Below are positions 25,722 to 38,254 of a DNA stretch of 64,000 nucleotides, piece by piece; position 1 is the stretch's first letter; the number at the start of each line of letters is the position of its first letter. The DNA is from Macrostomum lignano (lineage: Eukaryota): the NCBI GenBank assembly GCA_002269645.1, contig NIVC01000572.1, positions 323,669 through 387,668 of the forward strand. The letters run 5' to 3'. Below the pieces are notes generated by a model. That model did no database searches, was not told where the DNA came from, and worked only from the letters and a program-made list of their open reading frames with translations. Made by a program: the position numbers and the translations under genes.

Positions 25722-27026
25722 TTAGTGTTCCTCGTTAGCATTTTGACTCAACAGCAGCATAGTGTTGTACATCTCGCTAAAACAGCTGCTCAAGTCGCTG
25801 TCAGTAGTTGCAGATATCTCGCAGCCATATTGAAGCACTAGCAGCAAAATGCTCCTAGTATGGGAACAAGTGCTCAAAGTAAGCTCGATGCTAACAGCTT
25901 CCTTGAGGTGAGCCAATGCATCCTGTGTGAATTCGCCGGCCAAATTAACGGTTGCAGCACCCAGAAAAGTAAAAGCAGATGCGGTTAAAGGGCTGCCGGG
26001 AAAGTGTTCCTTTAAAGCAAACGCGCTTTTACTTAGAAAGACGCTGGCTTTCTCTAAACTCTTCATCAATTCTTCAGTAGAAACAGTTTGATTCAACGGC
26101 TGCTTCTTCAATCTAGCTGTCAGAGGACAGGTCTCTTCATACTCGCTGACTCCTTCGATGTAGTCAGAAAATGCAATGAAATAAATCTTGGAACGTTCGC
26201 TAATAAGGTCTGAGCAGTCGATGAGCTTGCGCGCTACAGCAATCAGTGCACGACTCTTTCGAGTCTGACGCAGTTCAACAAAGCAGGAGGCCATTCGTAG
26301 AATAACGACAATCGACTGGGTGCTTGGCACAATGTCCGAATCGCTGCGCCGAACCAATTTGTTATTACGCGTTCTACGCTCCAACGAGAAGTCTAGAAAC
26401 TGTGGCGCTTTCTCAAAAAATCTACGCCCGCCAACATCTTTTTGAGTAGCGCAGTTCAACATTAGCCTGGAGACGGACTCGCACATGAGGCCAGTCAGCT
26501 CCGGGGCCAGGGCTGGCCAAGAGTCGCCTAGGCGCAGCAGATATTTAGCAAGCCGGTAGGCACCCTCCGTCAGCCAAAGCCAAGCGAAGCTGCCCCGATG
26601 CGAGTCGCTGCACAAGGCCAGATGGGCCTCGTTAACTAAGAACAGAACGCTAGCGAATGCCATTCCTATTCTTTGTTCACCCTCTTCATCAATAAACTGA
26701 TTAGCCAATTGTCTGAAAGCAGCAATACGATCCAATTTGTCTACGGATTTGACAGATGACCAGAGTAGTTCTTCAGCTTGTTGGCCAATGAGTGCCAGAA
26801 ATTCGTTCTGCAGTTCGCAGGCGCTAGCCAGGTCGCTGCTGCAACGACGCCTGAGCTGCTCGTTTGCCAGAATGACCAGTGAGCAAGCTCTGGCAAACGG
26901 AGCCGCGTCACCACATGTAAATTTAAATGCGTTGTTTCTGGCTGTCCAAAACTCTGTATGATCCTGCTCGGGTACAAACCGCAACCAGGTACCCACTCGG
27001 ATGATGGGCTCTTGACCAGAGCTCAT
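25722..27026 (-). CDS. Array paralog P4: single TPR-like module only (434 aa), truncated copy
   Basis: Homologous to the first exons of P1-P3 (LFLVNEAHLAL, LVRRSDSDI, ELRQTRK, ETCPL, PLTASAFTFLG). It reads through to a stop where the other copies have a GT donor. Confidence 0.8.
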   Translation of the reverse strand: MSSGQEPIIRVGTWLRFVPEQDHTEFWTARNNAFKFTCGDAAPFARACSLVILANEQLRRRCSSDLASACELQNEFLALIGQQAEELLWSSVKSVDKLDRIAAFRQLANQFIDEEGEQRIGMAFASVLFLVNEAHLALCSDSHRGSFAWLWLTEGAYRLAKYLLRLGDSWPALAPELTGLMCESVSRLMLNCATQKDVGGRRFFEKAPQFLDFSLERRTRNNKLVRRSDSDIVPSTQSIVVILRMASCFVELRQTRKSRALIAVARKLIDCSDLISERSKIYFIAFSDYIEGVSEYEETCPLTARLKKQPLNQTVSTEELMKSLEKASVFLSKSAFALKEHFPGSPLTASAFTFLGAATVNLAGEFTQDALAHLKEAVSIELTLSTCSHTRSILLLVLQYGCEISATTDSDLSSCFSEMYNTMLLLSQNANEEH

Positions 27027-28437
27027 AGTTTCCGAGGCCTTAGTGACCGGCCTGCTGAAATTAATAGGGAGTTCGGCACAAGATCGACAAACAACCCATA
27101 TACAAAAGCTGCAGATCTTTTCTTCAACTGCATATCAAATCATTAGAAGCTGTCCGTATTTATCTTTTATAGTTCTATTTCTAAAACTTCTGAAACCCTA
27201 GATGTGGCTATTAGAAAAAATTGTTGAATTTCTCCTCGGCATTTCCCCACGGCAGCTTATTGAACTTTATTCAAATCTATATGATCACTCAGTCACGTCG
27301 GCAGCTAAGCGAAAATTAAAAATCAACCCTTTTAACGACGTGGAAGTGTTAACAAAGTACTTAATACTATTCAGTAGTTTATTCGGAAGATTCTTAAAAT
27401 AGTGAAAACAAAAAGACGGTTTTTTGCAAGGAAGATTTGTTTAGAATAAAAATATGGATATAACGACATATGACGAACATCCAAAAGGAAAAAAAACAAT
27501 AGTAGATTTTTGATTAGAATTGTAAATACAAAACTACATACAGCATGCTAATAAACTATATGTAAATACCAGATTCAGAAGGACCTCTAGGGTCCTTGAA
27601 CTAATTCATTTGAAGGTGCCGATCTATTCCAACAAAGCTGCCATGGGGACAAGCTGAAAATTATCGACACGGATCCGTGTTAATAAAATTGGAATTATCG
27701 ACACGCAGTGGGGATAAGCACTTCCCGCGTTTCAGGAAACGCGTTGACTTGAATCCTCAACAGGAAAGTTACAGTACGCTTGTATAGCTATTTGATATAA
27801 ATATGCATACAGGCGGGCATAAAATATTAAATATTAAAACAAAATGGTGATAAATCTAATCATGTTGGAATCATGAAGCATTTTTCAGAAAGTTAGGTGC
27901 AATAAAACGCGAGCTTGATGCAGCAAAGCTGACTTTTTAGGTTGATGCTTCGCATAAAAATGATGATCCACTAAGCCCTTCCTTAGGGCGCATAAATCCA
28001 TCATTATTTCATTTCGAGGTCATGCACTAAAGTACTGCACCGCTAAGGATCTTTTTGATATACAACCCTTTCTGTAACTCTATGAGTCACCATAGGCCAA
28101 ATAAGGAAGCACCAATTCTTGTTAAAAAAATACACATACACTGTACATGCATATATGTTTTTGGTCAAATAAAAAATGAGATTTTCCGATTTCCATTGAC
28201 TCCAAACTTTTTGAATTTCAGCCATGTGTTAAAATCGATAGACGAAAGAATCGTAGAGAAGATGCGAGCTTGAAAAATGGCCTGAACCATTGAAAGTAAG
28301 CCAGGCGTGTTTTATAGGCAACTTTTACATGCTGCTATTTTTTACAAGAACAGTTTTAGATAGCACACAAGCAGAAAAAAAGCAAATACGCTCAATATTT
28401 TTTCCGATAGATTGTTACTGAAAACGATGAATTATTA

Positions 28438-31400
28438 TCAACACTCTGTGTCTCTACCGTAACTGGCATCAATGAGTTGAGCCGGTTCGCACATCTGCAA
28501 CAGCTGCTCGTGATTAATTTGCAGTCTGCGAAGTATTTTCTGCTTGTCACGCGGCGCAGCCAGCGTGTACTCATTCAAACCATTGAGAAAGTCGTTCCGC
28601 CTAGGGATATTGTTAGACGTTCGCGTCATGCGACACTTTGGCACGCAGAGGTAGATCCATTCGCTATCGCAGACATTCTCGTGCGCGTTCCATAGCTTCA
28701 TCAGGTAGTGCGAGTAGCACATTATTTCAGTGTAGGTTGGCAGGTTATCTTCAGGATAAACTCGACCAAACATAGCCTCGCAGGTTTCTCTGAGATGCTG
28801 TTTGCCCTCCCAATCGATAATGGGATCTGGGAAGATGTAAGTAAACAGTAGAAGTAAAAGATGTAGGAGCGCATATTAATTTTAGCCAATGCCTTTCAAA
28901 AATATTCCAGAAACGCACCAACTAATCGCTCAGCAACGAACCGGTCGCCAAGTCGAATTTCCGTCCATATAGCGTCATCGCCTAGCAGCAGACTTCTTGT
29001 CTCTACAGAGCAATCTCTACTCATTTCTAAGATTGCCTGAAATCGGCACATTTGGGTTAAGAGAAACACTGAGCGTTCACGGCGCATCTGATGCTGTACA
29101 TCGAAACTGTGGGGTTACAATTCTCACTCTGTTCCTACTGCAGCTCAGAGCTTCTACCCTATAACAGCGGGTGAACTCAAGCTAGGCCTATTTTGCCCCT
29201 CGCTTACTGCGGCTACCTTAAAGGGTGATCGACATAAGCCACTTCATATGAATACTAACCAGGGCCAACTCCGCTTAACCTGCAGCACTGGCGGTGAATG
29301 CCCTAACAAAATTGGCTAGAGATCTTCGATTAATAAACCTATCAAAACAAATAGACAGCTTGACATCTTGAACTCACGTCAGCAGCAGTCACTATGCCAG
29401 ACCACTCGCTCTGGCGATCCGACGTTGCAAAGTACACAGCCAGCTTCCTCGCTACATCAATAGATCGCCAAGCCCAACAACTGGTTGCGCATCCGTTAGC
29501 AATCAGGTTGCGCTGGATTTTTAGGCAGGCCCTCAAGCAATTCAGCGCTTTCTCTTCCTGGTCCTCCAGCTGCATCATATTATAGTACATCACAGCTAGC
29601 AAAGCGTAGCAATCCCCAGTTAGAGGATGCAGCGGTTCCAACAGCTCCAAGACCCTTGACGCCCGACGAAGTTTAAGCACAGCGGCATTATACTGTGAAT
29701 AAGCCGTTTTTGTGAGATCTTTGACCGCGCTTTTGTAAAGAATGACTGCAGTGGATAAGTGTACACAGGCGTGCAACGGCGTATCTAGAAGTCCGGTAGA
29801 GGTGCACGAATCATAAGCTTCTTGGAACGGCGCCAGTCTACGCTTCGGCTTAGGCATGGGGAGAAGTTCTACATTCACATAATCCTGATTCAAATCCAAC
29901 ACTGTTGTACTGTTATCCGATGAGTTCATGAATTCATTGGTTGCACCGAGTGCATCGTCCAATATTGCGATTCTGTGTTCGACAAGAGCAAACACAGGGT
30001 CCGATAAATCATTGTCAGATTTTGGAAGCCAAGATTGTAGCGATTGACTCAAAGATTTGGCAGAACGCTTTATCTGCCCGCTGCGTAGCATCCTTTTTGG
30101 CAACAGTTCGTTGAGATCGACGCAAACCTCGGCGAGACTGCTGTCGAGTACCGCACCCAGGTGGAACCAGGCCGCGCTCGCCTCGAAAGCTCCGCGCAGC
30201 TCGTTGCTTAACTTTCTACTGTTATTCATCAGGCACCTGGCCGATCGCCAATTGTCAGACCAGAAACGCAGCAGGACTGAGTCGGTGAAAGAGTACCAGT
30301 TTTCCCTGATGTACCTACCAGTCTTTGGAGAGTTCACTGAGTAACCAACAGGTGAAGATCTATTCAGACGCCAATTTTTTCCCAACTGTAAGTCCAAAAG
30401 CACAAATTTTGCCTCATTTGCTTGCCAGAAAGCGCAGCAAACGGCTACGGCTTCTGCCATTTCTGCTACTTCGCCACGCTGTAATTTCCTGCGCAACTGA
30501 GATAGCTTGAAGCTGCTTTGTCTACTGATGTGCAAAGAGAATTTCTGCGAAAGAAGCTCTTGAACAGCATTTTGCTCCACGCCAGCAAGATCTATTGCAC
30601 ACCGAATCAGGTGGAACCTGGCAATAAATAGTCGACATAATATTGCAGCTAGAGCTGAGTCAGTTGCGATGCACTCTCGCAATCTTCGCCTAAAATAATC
30701 TAAACAGTCTTGTCTATAACAGTCGGTGAATCGGAGGTCAACAAGAGGAAGAGAAGGATTTTGGTGCTCAGCTGTCTCAGCTGCCTCCAGAGGTAGCAAA
30801 GATACAGTTGACGAAGAGCTCAGTCGATTCAGCTCAAAATCGACGTCAGACACACCTGCTATTGGATGCTCTTCTTTGGTCGCACTAAGGTCGTTATGAT
30901 GCAGAGATTTCTAAAGAAAAAAATTCGGCTAATCATTAGAATATTCCCATTTAACACTTTAACCGTAGATAATATTGAATGAGATACTAAGACTTACCAC
31001 GGAGCTGTGCAGCTCTTTCCATCGGAGTGCAATAGCGCTCTCATCGTTCTCAAACAATCCTGCAGCGACGCTAATTGTTTGCAACAAATAGCGCATCGTG
31101 TTACTCCTTTGCGATAGAGCCATCTCTACCTGAACTGCCTCTTGTAGATACGCGAGAGAAGTATCATTAAACTCCGCCGTTCTATTAGCTGTCACAATTC
31201 CAAGCATTGTAAGCGTTGACGCAAAAATAGTACTTTTAGAAAAGCTCTGTCTCAGCCGGTACGCGCTGCGAGTCAGCTTTTCCAAAGCGCTGTCGTATAG
31301 CTCTCTTAGCTCTCGGGCGTTTAAAATAACCGACCCAGCGTTCAGCTTGCTGTGCAAAGGACTTGTACGCTCGAAGTCATTGACACCATCAAAATAGTCA

Positions 31401-32239
31401 ATAAAAGCACTCAAGTAGTGCTTGGAAAGCTCGTCTAGAATTGTTGATTTGCCTAGCAGCAAACGGGCTTGACAAATCAGCGCAGTGCACTTATCCATCT
31501 GACGAAGCTCCAAAAAGCACGTGGCCATGCTAACAATAGCTACCATCGACTGCTCGTTCAACACAATTTCAGCATCGATTCTGCGAGTGAGACCTTTTCT
31601 AACCCGTCTCTCAATTGCAGCCTGAAAATGCGAGAAAGACTTCAACAAGTACTTGTGCGCGTAGACGTCTTTGACGCTGGCGCAGTTGAGCAGCAAGCTG
31701 CCAACGCTGAATCGAACGCACGCAGTCATTTCTGGTCCGATTTCTTTGCTTTGAAGGCAAATCTTGCCGAGTCTCTGGGCGCTTTCAACCAGCCAGAACC
31801 AGGCCCACGATCCCAGCTTCTTCGGATCGCGTAGGGCCATCTGACCTTCGTTTGCTATGAAAACGACAGTAACGAAATATAAAACTGATTTTTCTTCGTT
31901 AAAATTAAAATTTGCTAAATATTTGTTGAGTCGATCTGAGTACTTCTCGCTATCGCTGCAGGTAATGTAGCTCCAAAGATCTTTAATAGCATTTCGTCCC
32001 AATAAGTTCATAAACTTTTGTTGAATAGTTTTAGCGTCGCTGAGATTTTGCATTAGAAGGTAATGAAGGCCAAGCATCACGTGACATACAGCTTTCGGCA
32101 GAACTTGATGAGATCGATCCGAATTTTTCGGTTCTGAAGCTTCGACAAGCCTAAGACGCTCTCGCCAGTACTGAAGAGCTTCTTCCCGAGGCACGACCTG
32201 AAGCCAAATTCGCATTTCAACCGGCTCCTGATTCTGCAT
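28438..32239 (-). CDS. Array paralog P3: double TPR-like module plus conserved C-terminal domain, 1093 aa; exons 30998-32239, 29378-30910, 28919-29036, 28438-28826
   Basis: Junctions gtg|gtaagt..tttag|aaa, gac|gtgagt..ttcag|gca and g|gtgcgt..cccag|at (phases 0,0,1). Sum 3282 nt, open. TPR_12-like HPLTGDCYALLAVMYY...KALNCLRACLKIQ. Confidence 0.85.
29246..29300 (-). other. 5S rRNA-derived fragment (SINE3-like head) in an intron of P3
   Basis: Minus strand gttaagcggagttggccctggttagtattcatatg resembles the 5S internal control region gctaagcagggtcgggcctggttagtacttggatg. Confidence 0.5.
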
Positions 32240-33499
32240 TGTTCTTAGGGTCAGGGTAGCTAAATGTAGATTTTCTCAGTCTGAAGTAAACGAAATTGAG
32301 ATTCAGCTTTAATCTGTGATAGTTGAGAATACTATAGCAAACGTTGCTACCTAGACCAAATTCAAAAAGTAGCTATAGCTATTTTCCTAAAAATTCAAGA
32401 GCCCAAACCGGGTCTACAAAAGGATTATATTCCACGATAAATGTGTTTGAAACGTTTGTTCTTCCGAGAGTTCCACTGCTTTTTTTAATTGTAGGCAAAC
32501 CCGCCGAGCCTTATCTACTTACTCCAATTACTAACATTTCCTGGAGCCAAACTACTGGTAGTAGCGGAAAAGCAAAACTGCTTTATCCTTAACTGTAAAT
32601 TTTACCGATTCTGAACAATTAATGTAGACATAATTAAAACTCGTTGATTTTGGGAGACGCGTTAAAGTTTTCAAAACAGGTGTAACTAATAGAACTAATA
32701 CATATAACCGGCATAACTGCTTGAAAAAATCCCCTATCACAATAAATCAAGTAAACCCCTGAAGCTTTTAAACTATATATTATGCAGTCTATTGTTTAGG
32801 CGGTTTGAAATTAAAATCAGGAGTGAAGTCGGTAGCAAATAGGAAATATTTTCCATATTATTAGTGCATTAGATAAATAAACATATAGAAAGTTAACAGA
32901 GATCATTTTGAAGCCAAAAATGTACAGTAGAATAAAACAGATCAGCTGCAAGAAACAAAATATCGAACGAAGTGTTAGACAGAAAAATGTCAGGTTATTA
33001 AGTGGCAAACTATTCAGAGCAAACCTGTAAAAAGCTGTGCAGAGTAGCAAAACAATTTGTTACCTGATAAATCACTCAACTAGCCCAAATAGCTCGACAA
33101 AATACCTACTGAAAGTCGCTACCAGTAATGCTTTCAAACAGCTGTCAACGTTTTGTCGATTTCGATAAAACAAAATCAAACAAACAAAAAGATCATAGTT
33201 CAAACCGATTATGTACAATAATATTTGAGACCTTGGTGCTCTGTTATGCACTTAAATAAGAGTTAGGGAGATTAAAAAAACTGACAGTAAAATTTATGTA
33301 AAGAGCTCGTTCATACCACCATCAAATAAAACTTGTTCAGCTCACACGAATCCAGAAGTTTTGATTCAAAGGAAACAAAGAAAGAAAGTTAATCAACGAT
33401 TCGTGATAAAAAACGCGACTATTCAGCACAATAATAAAGCAACTAAAACCGAATCACATTTTGAATTCCATTTCAATCGCTTAAATAAAAAAGTGAAGT

Positions 33500-36400
33500 T
33501 TAAAAATTCGCAAATTTGTAGTGAAAGCGTTTAGCAAACTTGCATTCATTTAACAGCAGATTGTGATTCTGTTGTAGTCGGGTGAAAATTTTGTTTTTTT
33601 CCTTGACGCTTTGGCGTGAGTACTCGGAAATACCCAGCAAAAAGTGGTTTCGCACCACGTCAAGTTTTTCCAGCGGACAATCTCGATTGTCACCGTTGTG
33701 GCACAGCTCCCAGTGCTGACTAAACAGCTTGTTGAGGTAAGTAGCGTAGACTCTGATCTCGCCATCGCTTGGTAGACAGTCCTCTGGAAACTGGCGATCC
33801 CTAAACAGATTTGTGAGGCCTTTCATGCTGACAGTTCGCTTTTCTTCCCAGTCTACCAACGCATCTGTAACGTTGATTGATGTTTTTTTATAAACGAGGA
33901 AATCTTATTTGTCAATATAGCTAGATGGAATTAAAAATCCTAATTAAAAATCCATTCAATAATGAGAAAGTGTGTTCTAAACTGTGTTTTTACATTCAGG
34001 TAAACCAAGTCTCAAATACCAAATGGCTACACGTGCAAATTTACACTCACCTGATAGAGTTTCAGCCAACATAGTCTCGGAATTCGATGCATCGTCAATA
34101 TCGACTGGCATTTGACACATCAAAGTCTTTCGACCAAGAAGGGCCTGCCGAAGACAAATATGATTAAATGTACCGCGTCCAGAATATTTTTTAAAGATTG
34201 CATGCATAATAGTGAAAAACTTACAAACAATTTATCGAATATACTTTGCCATTCGCGTTCAATCAGCGCATCCTCATCATTCGTGTTTTGCCGCAACATA
34301 CGAAACTGCTCTCTGCAAATTCGAGCCACATCTAAACACTTCCATAGCCAGGGACTGGGCGATGCTTCCTTGACGATGAGATTGCTCTCAATCCTGGCAC
34401 ACTTTCTGAGACACTGAAGGCATCTAGATTCTTGCTCGTCAATCTGCATCTGACTGGAGTAGAGAACGCTTAAAACAGTGTAACAGTACGTCACTTTGAC
34501 ATCATCGCCGCAGATAAGCTCGAGAATTCTAGCAGCTTTCCTAAACTTTAAAATTGCAGCACTGAAACTGTCGTAATGAGGCTTAAACGGATTAACTTCC
34601 CCATAGCGTAATAGCTGAAGACCCGCTTGCATGTGCACCAAAGCGTGGGCCACTGTATCCATTAGACCTCTTTTTTGGCACAGGACGTAAGCCTCATCCA
34701 GTTGTTTCAGCTTGTCGGACGCCTGCGACGTGTCTATTATAAAGTCGAAAGTCTCTAGGATGCCAGTTGACTCTAAAAGGCTAGAGACGAGACCACCGTG
34801 AAGCCTGCGATTACGCCTCCCAGCTGATTGGTTCAGTAGACGATTCAACAATGCGGGAAAGTTCACGCACACAGAGTTTAAGTAACTCAATAAAGTCTCA
34901 ATTCCTGGGCCATTGTGACTTTTTTCTAAACGTTTTAATCGGTTTAGGTCTTGTAGCAAGTCAACTGTGGTTGTAATGAGTTTTTTATCGGTCTTGTAGC
35001 GATCATCGAATGCTACGACGTCATTTAGTCGGTAGAAGCCTTCTGCTAAATAATTTTCCAAGAAAATAAGAGCAGGAATTTCGTCAGATTTCCAGCTATT
35101 TCGGATCGCGTTGAACAAATCCTGACCGCGCCTGAAACATTCTTGAGCTCTTTTCCAATCGTTGCTTTTCTTGTTACTCAGCCGAAAACTATACAAAGCC
35201 CAAGAAACAAGCTGCGAAGCGAATGACTCATCGCCATCGTCCCAACGTTGCCGCACCTCTGCGGCGGACTTTTGCTGATAATATTCGAGCGCATTACCAA
35301 GAGCCAGCATGCCTTCATTGACAGTCCAGAATGCGACTACAAAGATCAATTCTCTGCAATGGCGTGGAAAAGATTCAGACATAGCTTTAAATGAAAAGCT
35401 TCCATTGGTTTCTAGCTTCAGACCAAATGCAAGAGAGATCAGGCGTGAGACTTTAGCTTGTCGGCATTCAGCTTTTCTCAAGAAATACGAGCGTAAATTA
35501 TGTCTTGAGAGAAATAGAAGGAAAACCAATCTGTGTAATATTTGGCTACGGTCCAGAATATTGTTTAATTCCTTCTTCCAGTAAGCTAAGCTTCCTTCGC
35601 GATATCCATCGGTGAACTCTCTTGCTTTGGCAACTACATTAAAGACACTATCGCTTTGACTGGACGCTTCAACATCGGTAGGAACGTCGACTTGAGATCG
35701 AATTGTTTCTGGTTCTCTTGTAGTAACGATCTAGAATTAGAATGTGATACTTACATTAGCTCTTACTGAAGTACCGGTATGCTATAAGTGAAAAAATTAA
35801 ATTTAAATCATTACCAAGAATAAAAATTATCAATGCTTACGGTAAAGTACAACTCTCGACACTTGTCTCGAGCAGCCTGCGTAGTTGCCAGCGTGGTACC
35901 TTGCTGCAAAATCTGGATCATATTTGCAGCCATAATAGTGTTGGTTTCGAATTTAGACTCTAGCGAAACAGCCTTCTCTAAATAATACAAACCGCCTTCA
36001 TGCTCCATTGTAAAGTCGGCTGCTTCGTTCACGCAAACAATGCCCATCAATGTGTACGCAGAAGCGGTAAGCCCAAGTTCGGAGATTTCTTCCGTTAAAT
36101 TTTTCAAACACTCGCGCAGGTGTTTCTTTGCACTTCTATATGCTTTCATAAGCTTTTCGCGGTCAAGTAAACGAGAACCCGCATTAAGTTTACTGGCTAG
36201 AGGACAAGTTTCCTCAAAATCAATTAGTCCGTTCAAGTACATGGCATAGGCAGTAAAGTAAGTCTTGCAAACGATTTCAGTATCTGCTGGTAACTTGTTG
36301 AGTTTAAGAGCCTGATCGATCAACTTTCGAGCCTTCGTAGTCTGACGAAGTTCAATAAAAATGGCCGCCAACTTTAGAATTCCTTCGATAGATTCATCGA

Positions 36401-37412
36401 CAACTCTAATATCCGAATCTAGCTTGCGAACTATTCTTGAATGTTTTCTAGGCTTCCAATTAATCATGGCTTCAAAACAAAGGAATGCTTTAGATAGATA
36501 CCAATGTTCAAAGGTACCCTGCTGCATTCCACAGCTAAAAAGAATGCTTCCAGTGGCGTGTCTGGATAGGTCGACAAAAACTTTGGACTCTTTGGGCGCT
36601 CTTCGAATATAATCAGTACACAGCCAGAAAAGAAACTTTGTTTTCTCTCTTAGTCTATGCGCTCGGACACTGGTCCGGTTAAAGAGCATTAAACGGCATT
36701 CGCCCACTATATAATGTAAAGTGATGAACTGAAGTGTGCAAGAATGCTCATGGGTCCACTCAAATGTCAGTTGACTCGACGCAGCCTTTGACTCTCCGCT
36801 TTTGTTGCTAGACTTAGGCTTGAAACATTCTTTTATAAGCTCTTCATACTTGTCTGCATATCTATTAGCCATAAGAAACTTTGCGCTAGCTTTCACACTG
36901 ATTCGCCGGTTTGTATTGTTTTCTTTGCTTTCAGTAACGATGCCTTCATGTTGCGAAAGTTGAGACGTTATAGCACCATTTCCTTCTCTATTGTCTTTAG
37001 GAAGCTTTGAAAAAGCTCGGGTATTATTTCCCTTATTCATACTGCCCTCGTCGATTACACCACCGCTGCATTCAGGGTCCGAATTCGGAGAGGCGGCGTG
37101 GTTAAGCGTGTCTGCAGCTTGTTTGCCAATTAAATTTTTGAACAAATTGAGGAATCTTTGACCTTCCGTTGCTTGATTCCTAAATAGATATTCGTTTCCC
37201 AAAAATACAAAGATAAAAGCCTTTGCAAAAAACCCAAATGTCTTTTCAGCATCTTCGTTCTTACATTCATCGACTCCAAGTAGTCCATCTCTTGTTTTCA
37301 GTTCATTGTAACGAGACTTTAAAAAGTCAAAATATTCCTCATTCGGGAAGAAGTTTAACAAGGGTGTCGGATTAGGCGGCTGTGGAAGAATCTCTAAGAC
37401 CGTCGCGTCCAT
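33500..37412 (-). CDS. Array paralog P2, 1178 aa; exons 35841-37412, 34225-35730, 34051-34144, 33500-33864
   Basis: Junctions acc|gtaagc..tctag|atc, ttt|gtaagt..ggcag|gcc and g|gtgagt..tacag|at (phases 0,0,1). Sum 3537 nt, open. Confidence 0.85.
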
Positions 37413-38127
37413 TCCAAATTAGCTTGGAACGAGCAAGACTTTACTCGCATCGAGCAGGCACCAGAGACCAGAGTCAACCCGCGCTTCTTCGGCGAGGGGC
37501 TTGTAAATTATTTATACAACACCGATTTAAAACTGAAAATTGAATTACAACAGGCTCGTTAGATTGAATACAAATATTTTAAACTTTTTTCCTACCTGTA
37601 TGGCACAGGATATTTATTACTATAAAAATCAAGCGGAATTTAAAAAGTATTATATATCCTATATACTAAAAATGAGTTGTCTGTGGGTAGGTAGGTAGGT
37701 AGGTATGCGATAGATTTCAGAAAAAATGGCTCAACAGATTTTCTTCAAACTTGCACCATTCGATCAGAAATTTTCCTGGGACGGTACATGCATCTTGGCT
37801 AAGAAATTGCTCAATGTTAAAGGGATTAAATATTCGAAAAACGTGCTTTTTTGCAAAGGTCAAGCAGCTCTTTCGACCTGAAATGCGTTGTAAGAATGCT
37901 AGAGAAAAAACTGACTGACTGAATTCCAATTGTGATAAGGATTGCATCACAACCAGTTGAAAACAGTGCCGAAGAAATGCACACAAAACTTGATTTAAAT
38001 TGCGTAACCACATTGCTAACTTAAATTGAGACTGATACTGGCTGACTGAGAAATTGATTATGTCATAAATTTTAACTCTAACCGATTTGCAATAAGAATT
38101 TAATTATAAGGGCCACAATTCAAGACA

Positions 38128-38195
38128 AGAGATAGCATAGATGCGAACAGACTGGACTGCTAATGCTGCGACCTGGGTTCGAATCTTAGTAGTGC
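38128..38195 (+). pseudogene. tRNA-like sequence (Ser-GCT-like anticodon loop), likely a SINE head or pseudogene
   Basis: A-box-like tagcatagatg, ct-gct-aa loop and B-box ggttcgaatc; no acceptor stem that pairs well. Confidence 0.45.
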
Positions 38196-38254
38196 AAAAA
38201 GATTTTTTTATTCAAAAATCTTAAAAACACAAAATGCTAAACACAAAAAAGCAC

